From: Eledone cirrhosa
Taxonomy: Eukaryota
DNA length: 64,000 nt
Direction: 5' to 3'
NCBI GenBank assembly: GCA_964016885.1
Contig: OZ024740.1
Location: 189,658,001-189,722,000, forward strand
A program made the translations under genes and the position numbers. Shown piece after piece: positions 38,622-51,265 of the stretch (the first letter of the stretch is position 1; each line of letters starts with the position of its first letter). The notes under the pieces are model-generated. The model saw only the letters and a program-made list of their open reading frames with translations. It made no database searches and was not told the origin of the DNA.

Positions 38622-40007
38622 TATTTTATACATATATATATACACAACGCTTACTTCGGTGGGATTTGAAATCAGATTGTAAAGGGCCGTAACTATATGC
38701 TACAAAGTATGTTGCCCGATCCTCTAACGCCTCAGCAAATCCTCCACCCCGAGGTGCTAAATAATAATAAGAACTGCAATGACAAAATTTGGGTCGAAGT
38801 ACGAATTCCGTAGGGCATCATTTTGAGCACTGATGATTGGCCGATGAGAAAGGTACAGCTGGTGGGTGCATCAGATAGTCTTGGAATACATGATGTTAAG
38901 TTTAATTATTTATTTATGAAGATTATAAGTTTCTGTATAAGAAGTATAATTTGGAGGGAGCGGGAAAGAGAGTAGCGACATTTAACCCGGAATTATATCG
39001 TTTGTTGGTGAATACTATTTTTCGGTTAAGCAGGTATCTTATTCTTCAGGAAGTTTAGGAAAATTATGTTTAATAGCCCTCATTGTTGGATAATAATCCA
39101 CTATTTATTGTATTGTTTGTATAACATGTGATAAGGGTTGAGATGCAAGTAGAGTTATCCGCGTGAAACACTATTTGAAGTGACAAACAAAACATTGGGG
39201 TTAATGTAAGAATGTGGTGTTATTATATATTTGTGCTGTTGAAACGCATGAGATTCTCACACATTTTATTTGGCGGTAATTAGCAAGTCTCTGGTTAGGT
39301 AAAATCTAAAAGTCTAAGTAGCTGGTTTGCAGATATTTAAGGGTGTGTCGAAATTTGTTATTATCTGCGAGGATATTATGTAGACGAGAAACAAAAAAGA
39401 TACTCGAGCGAAGTAATCGTCTATAAATACTTCCATATCTCCAAATACATTGTAAAATATTGCATTAGAAGCAACAATGCTTCTCTAAAAATGGGCACAT
39501 TCTCTAAAAATGCGTCAGCAATTCGATTGAAAGGCGCCTGTTATCGATGGAAATTTCGTTTACCAATCTTTTATAAACATTTTTGCTCATGTAAAATTAT
39601 AAAATGTATGAACATTAAAATCAATATATCATCTGTTTTCCACAAATGCTCACATTACTACATAGATTTACCCGATCTAATAGAGGTGTTTATTCGGGAA
39701 TGTGTGCATGTATATATGTATATCTGTATTTGTGTAGGCATAGGTGATTAAAAATGAATCATACACATAAGTAACTTTGAAAAAGATGAATTTTAGATAA
39801 GCAAAGCATGCGTGAATACTTTATCAATAAATATTACTTTAGTATGTTGTATATGTTAAGAGAAACGATTGAGCATTTGATTTCAAGTTTCTATGCATAT
39901 ATTATATAAATATATATTATATAATTCTACCACAGCATATATGTTTAATGTATATGCTTGTATAGAATGTCTTATGAATGTATGCATGTATGCATATATA
40001 AATATAT

Positions 40008-40140
40008 AATTGTGTCTACTTTTGGCACGAGGCCAGCAATTGTCCCAGTTCATTGCTGGTAGTTTATTTTACCGACCCCGTATGGATGAAAGGCACAGTT
40101 AACATTGGTGGGATTTGAACTCAGACCGTAAAAAGGCGTT
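40008..40140 (-). mobile_element. tRNA-derived SINE, partial
   Basis: Tail, central domain and B box of the same family, diverged. Confidence 0.7.
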
Positions 40141-40587
40141 AAATATACAATGAGTAGGAAAAAGGTGCGAAATTAATATCATAAAATTTATTCAGGTGTG
40201 ACGCGTGTTTCGCGATTCATCAGATCAATGTACGAACCATATCGACCACGCCCGACTGAGGAATCAACAAGTCCAAGTTTACTGATTGAGACTACGAGTC
40301 TGCCGAGCTATTGATTCCAGAGTCAGGCCCGACTTGAGCTGAATAATCGCGAAACGCGTGTCACACCTGAATAAATTTAATGATGATATTTTGATACCAC
40401 GTTCCTACTCGATATTATTATTAACACTATGCTTTTGAAGAAATCCGATTATAGTATCATAGCAAATGTACAATACCACATATTATAGTAAATTGGAGCT
40501 CAATTTGCTGAACAAATAGTAACGTAATGTTATAAATCATTAATATATGCGCACACAAACACACACACACATATATATATATGTATA

Positions 40588-40835
40588 TGGTGGCTGCCAA
40601 CTCGTTTTCGAGTACGGCCACTACTTTATATCCATGTAGGAGAACCCCTACCGATGCGCTGAACGAGTGTGACATTTTAGTCCAGATAACGACTTGAAAA
40701 CTCTGGTACAAACACTACACTTGTGACAATTATTGACACATAGTGCTGGGCCCATGGTACCATGTGATGAACAGTGCAGAGAGATCTGCAGATACAAAGT
40801 AATGCCTGTGCCGTGAAGCGTTTATAGTAAGCAAA
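40588..40835 (-). mobile_element. 3' fragment of the RTE-like family seen at 27861-28467
   Basis: Reverse complement of ...GTGGCCGTACTCGAAAACGAGTTGGCAGCCACCAT and of the zinc-finger segment. Confidence 0.75.
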
Positions 40836-41048
40836 TAAGGCTACTCAGCCGATGTGTATCTGAGAAAAAAACTATGTTTTCAACCGTTTAACGACCGAGA
40901 AACAAGTTGATTGTTCCTCTAAGCCAATGTTGAACAAAGAGGTGACGATTGGCGACTGGCACGGCACAACTTCAAATCGGGCTCTTCGTTTATAAACGAA
41001 TCGAACATTGTTATTAATGTTTGATATAACCTATACGTACATATATGA

Positions 41049-41118
<70 letters not shown>

Positions 41119-43364
41119 CACTATAGCTAACATCCAAACTTCTACACAGCATAGTAACCGGCAGACTAGCACCCAGAGTAATTGTAACTGTAGATCAAGT
41201 AGAACCTGCCCTTTAGATAAAAAATGCTTAACCAAGGATATCATATACTCATGTACAGTCACAACTAACAACTCTTCTGAAACCTATATAGGCTCTACTT
41301 CTAACTGCTTCAAAACTAGATACAATTCGCCCCTCCACTCTTTCAAAAAACACAGTCTAGCCAACTCCACTTCACTATCTAGCTACATACACTATCTAAA
41401 AACTAAAAATAAAATATATACACTTAAATGGGAAGTGGTAGGTAGTGCAACATCGTACAAACCACCTAATAAATTTTGTAACCTCTGTCTACTAGAGACC
41501 CATACTATCATCTTCTCTAAACATAATCTCCTTAATAAAAAATCAGAAGTGTTCGCAACTTACCAACACCGCTTCCGACACTCGTTCCAAAACTTTAAAC
41601 CCTATATATAATAATGTCAGACTGGAACCGGCACCACCCCTAGCAATTAACATCAGTAGCTCACCTTACACCTCACATCCACACCCATTTATATACTCTA
41701 AAGATAATACTGACAGCATTTTAGTACCACCTACCCTGGGAATACCCCCTTGTACCTCTAATCCTGATATCTCGACCGTGGACTACTTAAACTGCATTGC
41801 ACAGATATAAGATTAGTATAAACCGCGGACACGGTACTGGTTGCGATAACATAGTCCTGTGCATGGATTGCCACCAAGAGATAGATTGATGATTAGATAG
41901 ATAATCGTATTGTTATGTGAATATATACTGTAAACGATCAGTTCAATGAATTATGCACAGGTGATGCATGAGTTAGGAGCCTCTGTGTTGCCTGGTGACC
42001 TGACCGGCATCTTTTGACGAGAGAACCGGCCACTGGACCACCCTGGTGAATTTACCGGGGATGCAGTCATACTACGACCTGAATCTCGCCGGGAGTCATG
42101 TATCATAATAAGACCATTACTCATGTAATTAATTATGTAGTCTGACTCTTCTTATGGATTGGCCAGGTGTGGCACCCCATGTTGGACTGTAGTCATCATG
42201 ATATGAACTCCTTTAGTACTTGTTACTGGACTCCACTCTAACTTGTGGATGGGATACCTGATCTATATGTGGGATGCGAGTTTATGTATTGCTTGGTGGC
42301 CAGACAGGTGTCCTGGTATGAGAGATTTAATCTCCAGATTGTAATCATCATGATATGAACTCCTTTAGTACCTATTAATAGACTCCACTCTAACTTGTAG
42401 ATGTGATACCTAATTGATTTATATATGAGATGGGGGTTGTCTATTGCTTGATGACCAGACTAGTGCCTTTATATGAAAACTTAGATCTCCGGACCATCCG
42501 GAAGGTATTCAGATTTACCGGAGATTCAGACATACAATGACCCGGAGCCTACCGGGGGGCATATATAATAGTGGGACCATACCAGGTCCTACTGTTATAT
42601 TACATTTGCATGGAACAGTGATTTGAGAGTCTGACTCCTCTTATAGAATTTTCAGATATGACACCCCTTAATGGATGGTAATCATCCTAATATATACACC
42701 CTGTACTTCTTAATGGACAACTCTCTAACCTATAAATGGGAAACATACTCTAGAAATTAGTTATAACTTCATATGATAGGCACGTATTTGAATCACCATT
42801 AATGTAGTTTAGGATAATAATTTAACTAAGATAACGAGCTAGTTACCTCCCCATACGCTTTAATTCCCCTTAGTCATTCAGACACTTCCGGAATCTAAAC
42901 AGCATGATCTATTAATTAAGAACCGACTAGATACGGTTTATAACTTGATTATATGCTGAACCATCGTGAATTATACGATAGACACGTGTTCTATATATTG
43001 CGTCTCATGGATTATGTGAGTGGTGGTGTGAGCGAAGACAGTGGTACGGCTTTGCCTACGATACAATAAGGTTTATAGTATGTTGAAAGTTTTTGATATG
43101 TTGGTGCTTCCCTGCATCCGAGACTGTATATCATACAGATGTATGCGAATAAATGACTTAATAATTCAGCCCACATAATAGGATCGATTGCCTGCTTCAA
43201 CTGCCTGACCCTGCAAATATCATTCTGACGCACTCTAATCATGTATAAATAAGACACGCGTGCATGCTACACGTGAGATTGTTTCATACACTGACTACTC
43301 TAAACTTTCCTCTTGCTTTATCTTCATAGACTGCCAACGCTTCATGTTTATCTTTATTTTCATT

Positions 43365-43512
43365 TTTGTTTTTATTTTTATTTTTATTTTTATTTTTATT
43401 TTTATTTTTATTTTTATTTTTATTTTTATTTTTATTTTTATTTTTATTTTTATTTTTATTTTTATTTTTATTTTTATTTTTATTTTTATTTTTATTTTTA
43501 TTTTTATTTTTA
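43365..43512. repeat. (TTTTTA)n hexanucleotide microsatellite
   Basis: Directly visible. Confidence 0.95.
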
Positions 43513-43649
43513 TCCTGTAACCTTTATATGTAAATTGCCATGCTATATCATTTGATGAATGTCACCCCACTGTTGATCAATATGCGCATATGTTTTATAT
43601 GTCCCTTGGGTTGAAAAGGAGGTCGAGTATGTTATAGATCAGAAAATAG

Positions 43650-43698
43650 TTGCTCCGAAGAATCCAAACCTCGGTTTGGAGGAAACAATTGTAAGCAA
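43650..43698 (+). ncRNA. Minimal type I hammerhead ribozyme with U4->C core change
   Basis: TTGCT-CCGAAGA-A-TCCAAACC(tc)GGTTTGGA-G-GAAA-CAATTG-TA-AGCAA; palindromic stem III. Confidence 0.7.
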
Positions 43699-43752
43699 AT
43701 AAATGACTTAAACTGAACTTTGATTATTGTAATCTCTCTCTCTCTCTCTCTA

Positions 43753-43840
<88 letters not shown>

Positions 43841-43848
43841 CCAATAAG

Positions 43849-43942
43849 ACCCCGACGGCTGAGCTCAAGCCGTTTCGACGGCTAATTCTGGACTAAATGA
43901 AAATTTATCCTGGTATTTAAATAGCCGAGCTTCTCAAGGGGT
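43849..43942 (-). ncRNA. Type I hammerhead ribozyme, U3-A8 variant (inverted pLTR copy)
   Basis: Reverse complement of 46221-46314. Confidence 0.75.
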
Positions 43943-46220
43943 AATTCAATATATGGTCAAAGTGATTGTCACAAGGATTGTCACAAGTTAGTAGTAATTC
44001 TGTGATGGCAAATTAGTGGGGGAAGGGGTAGCTAAACCTGCCAGTAGGAGAAAAGGGGGAGGGGTTGGAGTAGACCCATTCATGCGTTAGTGGTGCCGGC
44101 TACAGCTAGGCGTGAGGTCAAAGAAGATACTAGGAAGGGGGAGGGAGAGGAAGACGAAACGGTAAGTGGAACAATGAAGGGTAAAAATATACTGAGAGTG
44201 AAGCGAATAAATGTAAAGAAAAAAAAAGCAATGTCTACGACCTAAGTCTCTCGCTATTGCTAGGCTAAATAAATAAATAAATAAATAAATAAATGAATAA
44301 ATAGATAAAGAAATAAAAAAATTATAAATAAATAAACTAGGTGGGTCGGAATAGGTAAGGACCCTTTTAAGAGGTATAAGTACGTATATCATACAGTGAC
44401 GGGTCAACAAAGGGGGGTCAAAATACTAAAGAAACTACCACGAAATAATTAATAAAGGTTTCTACCCCGGGCACAAGGCCAGCAACCACCCAGTGCAGAA
44501 AAGTAAACTAGTACGAAATAATAATTCAGAGTCCCGAAAAAAATATACTAATGCTAACTCTAAGGGTACCGCCACGCTACACAAGTTCTTATACAAGCTA
44601 CATGAAAGTTCGTACGAAGTAAAAGTAGAATACGGAAAATTAATTCAGAATCCACCCCGCCCAAAAGAAAAGTGAAGAAAGAAAAACTGAATAAACGAGA
44701 AATAAAGCAGAGATGCCAGCAAAAAATATAGAAGGACACCTCCAACAAAGCTTATATAGGATTAACCGCATGTGACTTCAAGACACGGCTATACCATTAC
44801 AGACATACCTTCCGAAACCCGGTCCGGCGTCACGCCACTACACTTTCGGGCTACATATGGGACCTCAAGGACAACCACATCACCTATGATCTCACTTGGA
44901 GATTACTGTCCAGAGCCAACTCTTACACGAGAGGACGCCGTCCGTGCAATTTATACTCGGAGGAAACATTACAAATGGTGTTTTCAACGGACCAACTCCT
45001 AAACAAGAAAGATGAACTGGTTACTGCATGTAAACACAGATTGTGTAGGACTTACCTCGCCCTCAAACCCCATAATGACCCAGGGAGGGGGGGGGGTAGA
45101 CTAGGGCTATAACACCCCACTTGCCGATTTTGTATTGGGTAACCCCTACTTGCCAAGGGAGACGTAAGATCTTCTTTTATATTCTTTTATCGCTTCCTCT
45201 ATATTTCATTCTTCCCCCATCCCTCCCTAGTCCTTCTACCCCAGTTCTTTTTCTTTGTCGGCGTCTTTTTCTCGCCCACCCGAAGTAGCGCCTCGGCCCC
45301 TTGTAGCCTCAGTACCCCCACCCTTCCCTAGTCTATGTTAGATTTGGCGGACTCCGCTTTCTATAGCAGTTGTGTTAGACCTCGGATACTTGCCCCCTTA
45401 TCCGACACTCTCCCTTTTTTCCGTGCCTTCTATATTTCTTAGTGGCATCTCTGCTTTATTTCTCGTTTATTCAGTTTTTCTTTCTTCTCTTTTCTTTGGG
45501 GCGGGGTGGATTCTGAATTAATTTTCCGTATTCTACTTTTACTTCGTGCGAACTTTCATGTAGCTTGTATAAGAACGTTTGTAGAGTGGCGGTACCCTTA
45601 GAGTTAGCATTAGTATATTTTTTAGGGACTCTGAATTAATATTTCGTACTAGTTTACTTTTCTAAACTGGGTGGTTGCTGGCCTTGTGCCCGGGGTAGAA
45701 ACCTTTATTAATTATTTCGTGGTAGTTTCTTTAGTATTTTGGCCCCCCTTTGTTGACCCGTCACTGTATGATATACGTACTTATACCTCTTAAAAGGGTC
45801 CTTTCCTATTCCGTCATACCTAGTTTATTTATTTATAATTTTTTTATTTCTTTATATTTTTATTCATTTATTTATTTATTTATTTAATTATTTATTTAGC
45901 CTAGCAATAGCGATAGACTTAGGTCGTAGAAATTGCTTTTTTTTCTTTACATTTATTCGCTTCACTCTCAGTATATTTTTACCCTGCATTGTTCTACTTA
46001 CCGTTTCAACTTCCTCCCCCTCCCCCTTCCTAGTATCTTCTTTGACCTCACACCCAGCTGTAGCCGGCACCACTAACGCATGAATGGGTCTACTCCACCC
46101 CCTCCCCTTTTTCTCCTACTGGCAGGTTTAGCTACCCCTTCCCCCACTAATTTGCCATCACAGAATTACTACTAACTTGTGACAATCCTTGTGAAAATCA
46201 CTTTGACCATATATGGAATT

Positions 46221-46314
46221 ACCCCTTGAGAAGCTCGGCTATTTAAATACCAGGATAAATTTTCATTTAGTCCAGAATTAGCCGTCGAAACGGCTTGAGC
46301 TCAGCCGTCGGGGT
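46221..46314 (+). ncRNA. Type I hammerhead ribozyme, U3-A8 variant, upstream pLTR
   Basis: ACCCC-TTGAGAA-GCT-CGGCTA(37-nt loop)TAGCCG-TC-GAAA-CGGCT(tgagctc)AGCCG-TC-GGGGT; predicted GUC cleavage after 46309. Confidence 0.78.
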
Positions 46315-46499
46315 CTTACTGGTTCCTATTACCCACTCTACTACCCTAAGTATTGAGTACTTTGGTGCGTTATGGTCCACCTGGTTCCTTACCACATTTC
46401 CTTCATTATCTAGCTCCTATTCCCGTAGTAGAGCACTTTCCGACTCTACCACGCCGTATCCAGACTTTTCCGCTAAGCTCAATTTCTTTCACCCGCGCC

Positions 46500-48639
46500 A
46501 TGCGAAAACACAACATCGACTTCTCTACCAAGAACATCCCAATCCCACCGAAAAAACTTTACCTTCGGATGCTCACGCAAAAAATCGATCTATTTGCAAA
46601 AAGACTTAGATGGAGAACTTTCTTCAACAACATATATTGCGACAATCAGGACTTCGGCACCAAGGAGAGATTCGGATTTATTACCTACAAATCTCCCCCC
46701 CCCCCCTCTGACCCTTCGAGAATGACCTCTACCAACTGGTCAAGAACATCAATTTCAAACCCAGACACAACCGATTCCTACAAAAACTCCGTAGCAACTT
46801 AACAAAGTATGATAACACCAATGACATGGTGCATTCGGATAAAACTGGGAACCTATACTTTGTCAACCCTGACAGATACCACACACTGATCAGGAGCAGC
46901 CTAAACTCCACCTATAAAAAGGCCAACCACTCATGCATCGAGGACATAAATCGAGATGGGCAACAAATTACCTCCAGCCTCGGGGTCGCCGACCGCACGG
47001 AACCCCTAGACCCACGGACACCCTACTTCACACTGACGGACCACAAATCCGATTTCGACCGTAAACCCTCTATCAGGCTTATTAACCCAACGAAGTCTGA
47101 CATAGGGAGAATCAGCAAAAAAATCCTAGACCGCGTGATACCAAAAGTCAAGCAACACGCCCGACTTAGCCTATGGATCAACACCCAGGAAGTAATCTCA
47201 TGGTTCAGCAATATGGAGGATAAACAAGACACTAAATTCATCCAGTTTGACATATAGAGCTACTATGCTTCAATCACCTTACCGCTACTTACTGCTGCCT
47301 TGGACTTCGCCGAAGCACTTGTGCCCGTCACCGACCAGGAAAGAAAAATCATCCTCCACGCCAGGAAGACAGTCTTACTCTTTGACAACTCCAAATGGAT
47401 AAAAAGTGCTCCCGACTCACCCTTCGACGTCAGCATGGGCGCTACGGATTCGGCGGAGGTCACAGATTTTATATGATTATTCCTAATAGCCAAACTCACC
47501 GATACGTTTCCTGCATTCGGTGGTGGATTGTACCGTGATGATGGGCTCCTTACCCTTAAAGGCTACAACCCCAGTAGTTCAGATCGGGTCCGGAAACAAT
47601 TAATCAGCTTCTTCCGCGACTGGGGATTTAAAATAACCCTACAAACGTCCCTGACCCGAGTAAACTTCCTGGACGTTACCCTCGACCTCGAAAACGACCT
47701 GTATTACCCATACAGAAAACCTAATGACAACCTGCACTACATCCAACGCCGTTCAAACCATCCTAGGAACATCACCAACAACCTGGTCAAACACATCTCC
47801 CTCCGCATATCCCGTTTGTCAACTAATGAGCAGATATTCGATGAACATGCGCCTTATTACAACCAGGCTTTAAGCGGAGTGGTTTCCGGGAGGAAATATC
47901 CTACTGTCCAGCTCCCATTAGCGGAACAAGCAGGCGACACCGCCGGTCACGCAATGTAACATGGTTCAATCCTCCCCACAACGCAGAGGTGACAACTCCC
48001 ATCGGGAAAATATTCTTTAGGCTCATTGAAAAACACTTCCCACTACAACACCGCTACCACAACATAATTAACAAACATACCATCAAATTCCCTTACAGCA
48101 CTACACCAAACTTCGCACAAAACATCGTCTCCTCCAACAACAACAAACTCAACCCAGATGGAAGAAATAACCTAAATAGCAGTGGAGAGCCGACCAGGAG
48201 GTGCAACTGTCCTGATAGATCCATTTTCCCCCTCGACAACAGATGCAGAGATTAATGTGTTCTACCAGTGCAACGTGAGGACGGACACCTCCAACAAAGC
48301 TTATATAGGATTAACCGCATGTGACTTCAAGACCCGGCTATACCAACACAGACATACCTTCCGAAACCCGCCCGGCGTCACGCCACTACACTTTCAGACC
48401 ACATATGGGACCTCAAGGACAACAACATCACCTATGATCTCACTTGGAGATTACTGTCCAGAGCCAACTCTTACACGGGAGGACGTCGTCCGTGCAATTT
48501 ATGCTCGGAGGAAACTTTACAAATGCTGTTTTCAACGGACCAACTCCTAAACAAGAAAGATGAACTGGTTACTGCATGTAAACGCAGATTGCGTAGGACT
48601 TACCTCGCCCTCAAACCCCATAATGACCCCGGGGGGTAG
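46500..48639 (+). pseudogene. PLE RT plus GIY-YIG endonuclease ORF with a few frameshifts and stops
   Basis: MRKHNIDFSTKNIPIP, SDKTGNLY, RLINPTKSDIGRISK, FIQFDI, MGATDSAEVTD, YRDDGL, VNFLDVTLDL, SNHP, TWFNPP, CNCPD..FPLDNRC, YIGLTACDFKTRLYQH, CNLCSEE, LLNKKDELV. Confidence 0.92.
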
Positions 48640-49409
48640 ACTAGGGCTATAACACCCCACTTGCCGATTTTGTAATGGGTAACCCCTGCTTGCCAAGGGA
48701 GACGTAAGATCTTCTTTTATATTCTTTTATCGCTTCCTATATATTTCCTTCTTCCCCCATCCCTCCCTAGTCATTCTACCCCAGTTATTTTTCTTTGTCG
48801 GCGTCTTTTTCTCGCGCACCCGAGGCAGCCCCTCGGCCCCTTGTAGCCTCAGTACCCCCACCCTTCCCTAGTCTATGTTAGATTAGGCGGACTCCGCTTT
48901 CTATAGCAGTTGTGTTAGATCTCGGATACTTGCCCCCTTATCCGACCGCTTCCCCTTTTTTCCGTGCATTCTATATTTCTTCTTGGCATCTCTGCTTTAT
49001 TTCTCGTTCATTCAGTTTTTCTTTCTTCTCTTTTCTTTGGGGCGGGGTGGAATCTGAATTAATTTTCCGTATTCTACTTTTACTTCGTACGAACTTTCAT
49101 GTAGCTTGTATAAGAACTTTTGTAGCGTGGCGGTACCCTTAGAGTTAGCATTAGTATATTATTTTCGGGACTCTGAATTATTATTTCGTACTAGTTTACT
49201 TTTCTGCACTGGGTGGTTGCTGGCCTTGTGCCCGGGGTAGAAACCTTTATTAATTATTTCGTGGTAGTTTCTTTAGTATTTTGGCCCCCCTTTGTTGACC
49301 CGTCACTGTATGATATACGTACTTATACCTCTTAAAAGGGTCCTTTCCTATTCCGTCCCACCTAGTTTATTTATTTATTATTTTTTTAATTCTTTATCTA
49401 TTTATTCAT

Positions 49410-49448
<39 letters not shown>

Positions 49449-49772
49449 GCCTAGCAATAGCGAGAGACTTAGGTCGTAGAAATTGCTTTTTTTTCTTTAC
49501 ATTTATTCGCTTCACTCTCAGTATATTTTTACCCTTCAATGTTCTACCTACCGTTTCGACTTCCTCCCCCTCCCCCTTCCTAGTATCTTCTTTGACCTCA
49601 CGCCTAGCTGTAGCCAGCACCACCAACGCATGACTGGGTCTACTCCACACCCCTCCTATTTTTCTCCTACTGGCAGGTTTAGCTACCCCTTCCCCCACTA
49701 ATTTGCCATCACATAATTACTACCAACTTGTGACCAATCCTTGTGACAATCATTTTGACCGTATATGGAATT

Positions 49773-49866
49773 ACCCCTTGAGAAGCTCGGCTATTTAAAT
49801 ACCAGGATACATTTTCATTTAGTCCAGAATTAGCCGTCGAAACGCCTTGAGCTCAGCCGTCGGGGT
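49773..49866 (+). ncRNA. Type I hammerhead ribozyme, U3-A8 variant, downstream pLTR
   Basis: Same as 46221-46314 with one stem III mismatch (CGCCT). Confidence 0.72.
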
Positions 49867-49949
49867 CTTACTGGTTCCTGTTACCCACTCTAAGTATTGA
49901 GTACTTTGGTGCGTTATGGTCCACCTGGTTCCTTACCACATTTCCTTCG

Positions 49950-49992
<43 letters not shown>

Positions 49993-50384
49993 TAAACAGG
50001 AAAAATAAAGCAAACACAGTACACTGAATAAATATATATATATATATAAATACTTGATGGCCACACATAGAAAGCAATATTTGAAAAATGCATATAAGGA
50101 CTCAGAACGCCCGCTCCCAATTGCTTCCTCAGTCAAAGAACCTTGAGAATTATGCCACACTTGTCATATGGAATTTATCGAATGGAGCATCAAAACTTTG
50201 TTTACCAAAGAGAATTTTCTCATCAATAGATTAAGAGAAATACAACTTACGGTCTGAGTTGCATGATGTCAATTGAGTATTAGGATTACACTCGCAGTAG
50301 ACCACCTCTCCTCGTTAAAATATACACTTCATTGGCTTTTTTCTGTTGGTCCTAATGTCGAAATACCATGAAGTACGACTACCT

Positions 50385-51265
50385 TGGCGCTAAAATCCGC
50401 CAGTTATAGACTGCGCATCAATACGAGATATTTTTCTCCACAAAAGTCGATTACCAACAGCAGAGTTCAAAGAGCATAGATCAAGTCCATTCAATAAGCT
50501 GACATTATCAAGCCATTGTTTTCGCTGCCGGCCTCTGTTTCTCTTACCAGCCAACCTTCCTTGAAGGCATAATCTACTCACACCACGAGTTGATCTTTTT
50601 ATATTCCCGTATAGTTTGAGTACTGTTCACTTGACAATTGATGTAATTGGTTTGGTAATGTTGAGCAGCTTGCAGATACAGATACGGTCGCGGATCCACT
50701 TGCCAGTTATATGTCTGATAATTGTTTCTATTTTAGGCACAAGGCCAGCAAATTACCCAGTACATTACTGGTACTTTATTTTATCGACTCCGTAAGGAGG
50801 AAAGGCAAAGTTATTCTCGGCGGGATTTGAATTCAGATCATAAAGTGTCCGACTCTCTACCGATACTGCCGTGAATCTGGAATGTAGAGAGCTTCTGAAG
50901 TAGACTTGTCCAATTAACACAGTCAAGACAACATAACACAAATGGTAGGATGCAAGTATCGAAGATCTTAGTCTCCAAATGATAGGAAACTCGTTTTGAT
51001 GTATTTCCTTGTTCTTGTTGTAAGCTGCCCAACCAAGAGCGAAGCGTTGCTGCGCAGCAATCATTCCATTGTTGTTAGATGATAATTTGTAACCGACATA
51101 TACGAACTCCGTAACTTGAGCAATTTGCTCGTTGTAGATTGCGTGTTGGAGATTTGTGTTGTTTTTATCAGTTGTCATACACTTTGTTTTGGAGATTTTG
51201 ATGCGCAAGCCAGTGAATGTTTGCTCAGTACATTTAGAAAGTCTTGCAGATCAGTTCTAGAGTAA
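50385..51265 (-). mobile_element. Decayed RTE-like LINE 3' part interrupted by a SINE
   Basis: GLRIKISKTKCM...QVTEFVYVG, then LCLQGRLAGKRNRGRQRKQWLDNV...NRLLWRKI. Confidence 0.75.
50719..50875 (-). mobile_element. tRNA-derived SINE nested in the RTE fragment
   Basis: Same family motifs as 4503/7681. Confidence 0.8.

Larger units (their letters stand above)
41117..43732 (+). mobile_element. 5'-truncated Penelope-like element: Hydra-type GIY-YIG (41117-41611), ~2-kb 3' region, terminal HHR
   Basis: CNCRSSRTCPLDKKC...IIYSC.V...YIGST...FKTRYN...SLSSYIH.LK....YTLKW...CNLCLLE...LLNKKSE; starts in (TA)n and ends at (CT)n(TA)n just after an HHR. Confidence 0.8.
43838..49948 (+). mobile_element. Near full-length Penelope-like element, partial tandem plus inverted pseudo-LTR, inserted in (TA)n
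   Basis: Inverted pLTR piece 43838-44732, upstream direct pLTR 44733-46405, ORF 46500-48639, downstream pLTR to ~49948; tandem period ~3.55 kb; (TA)n on both flanks. Confidence 0.93.

Noticed and set aside
38830-38870. CTGATGA...GAAA hammerhead-like motif
   Set aside because: Stems II and III and the NUH/stem I register do not form convincingly.
47474-47476. In-frame TGA in the PLE RT as possible selenocysteine
   Set aside because: The paralog at ~21750 has Gly (DLIGLFL) at this position, so it is a GGA->TGA nonsense mutation; the ORF also has frameshifts.
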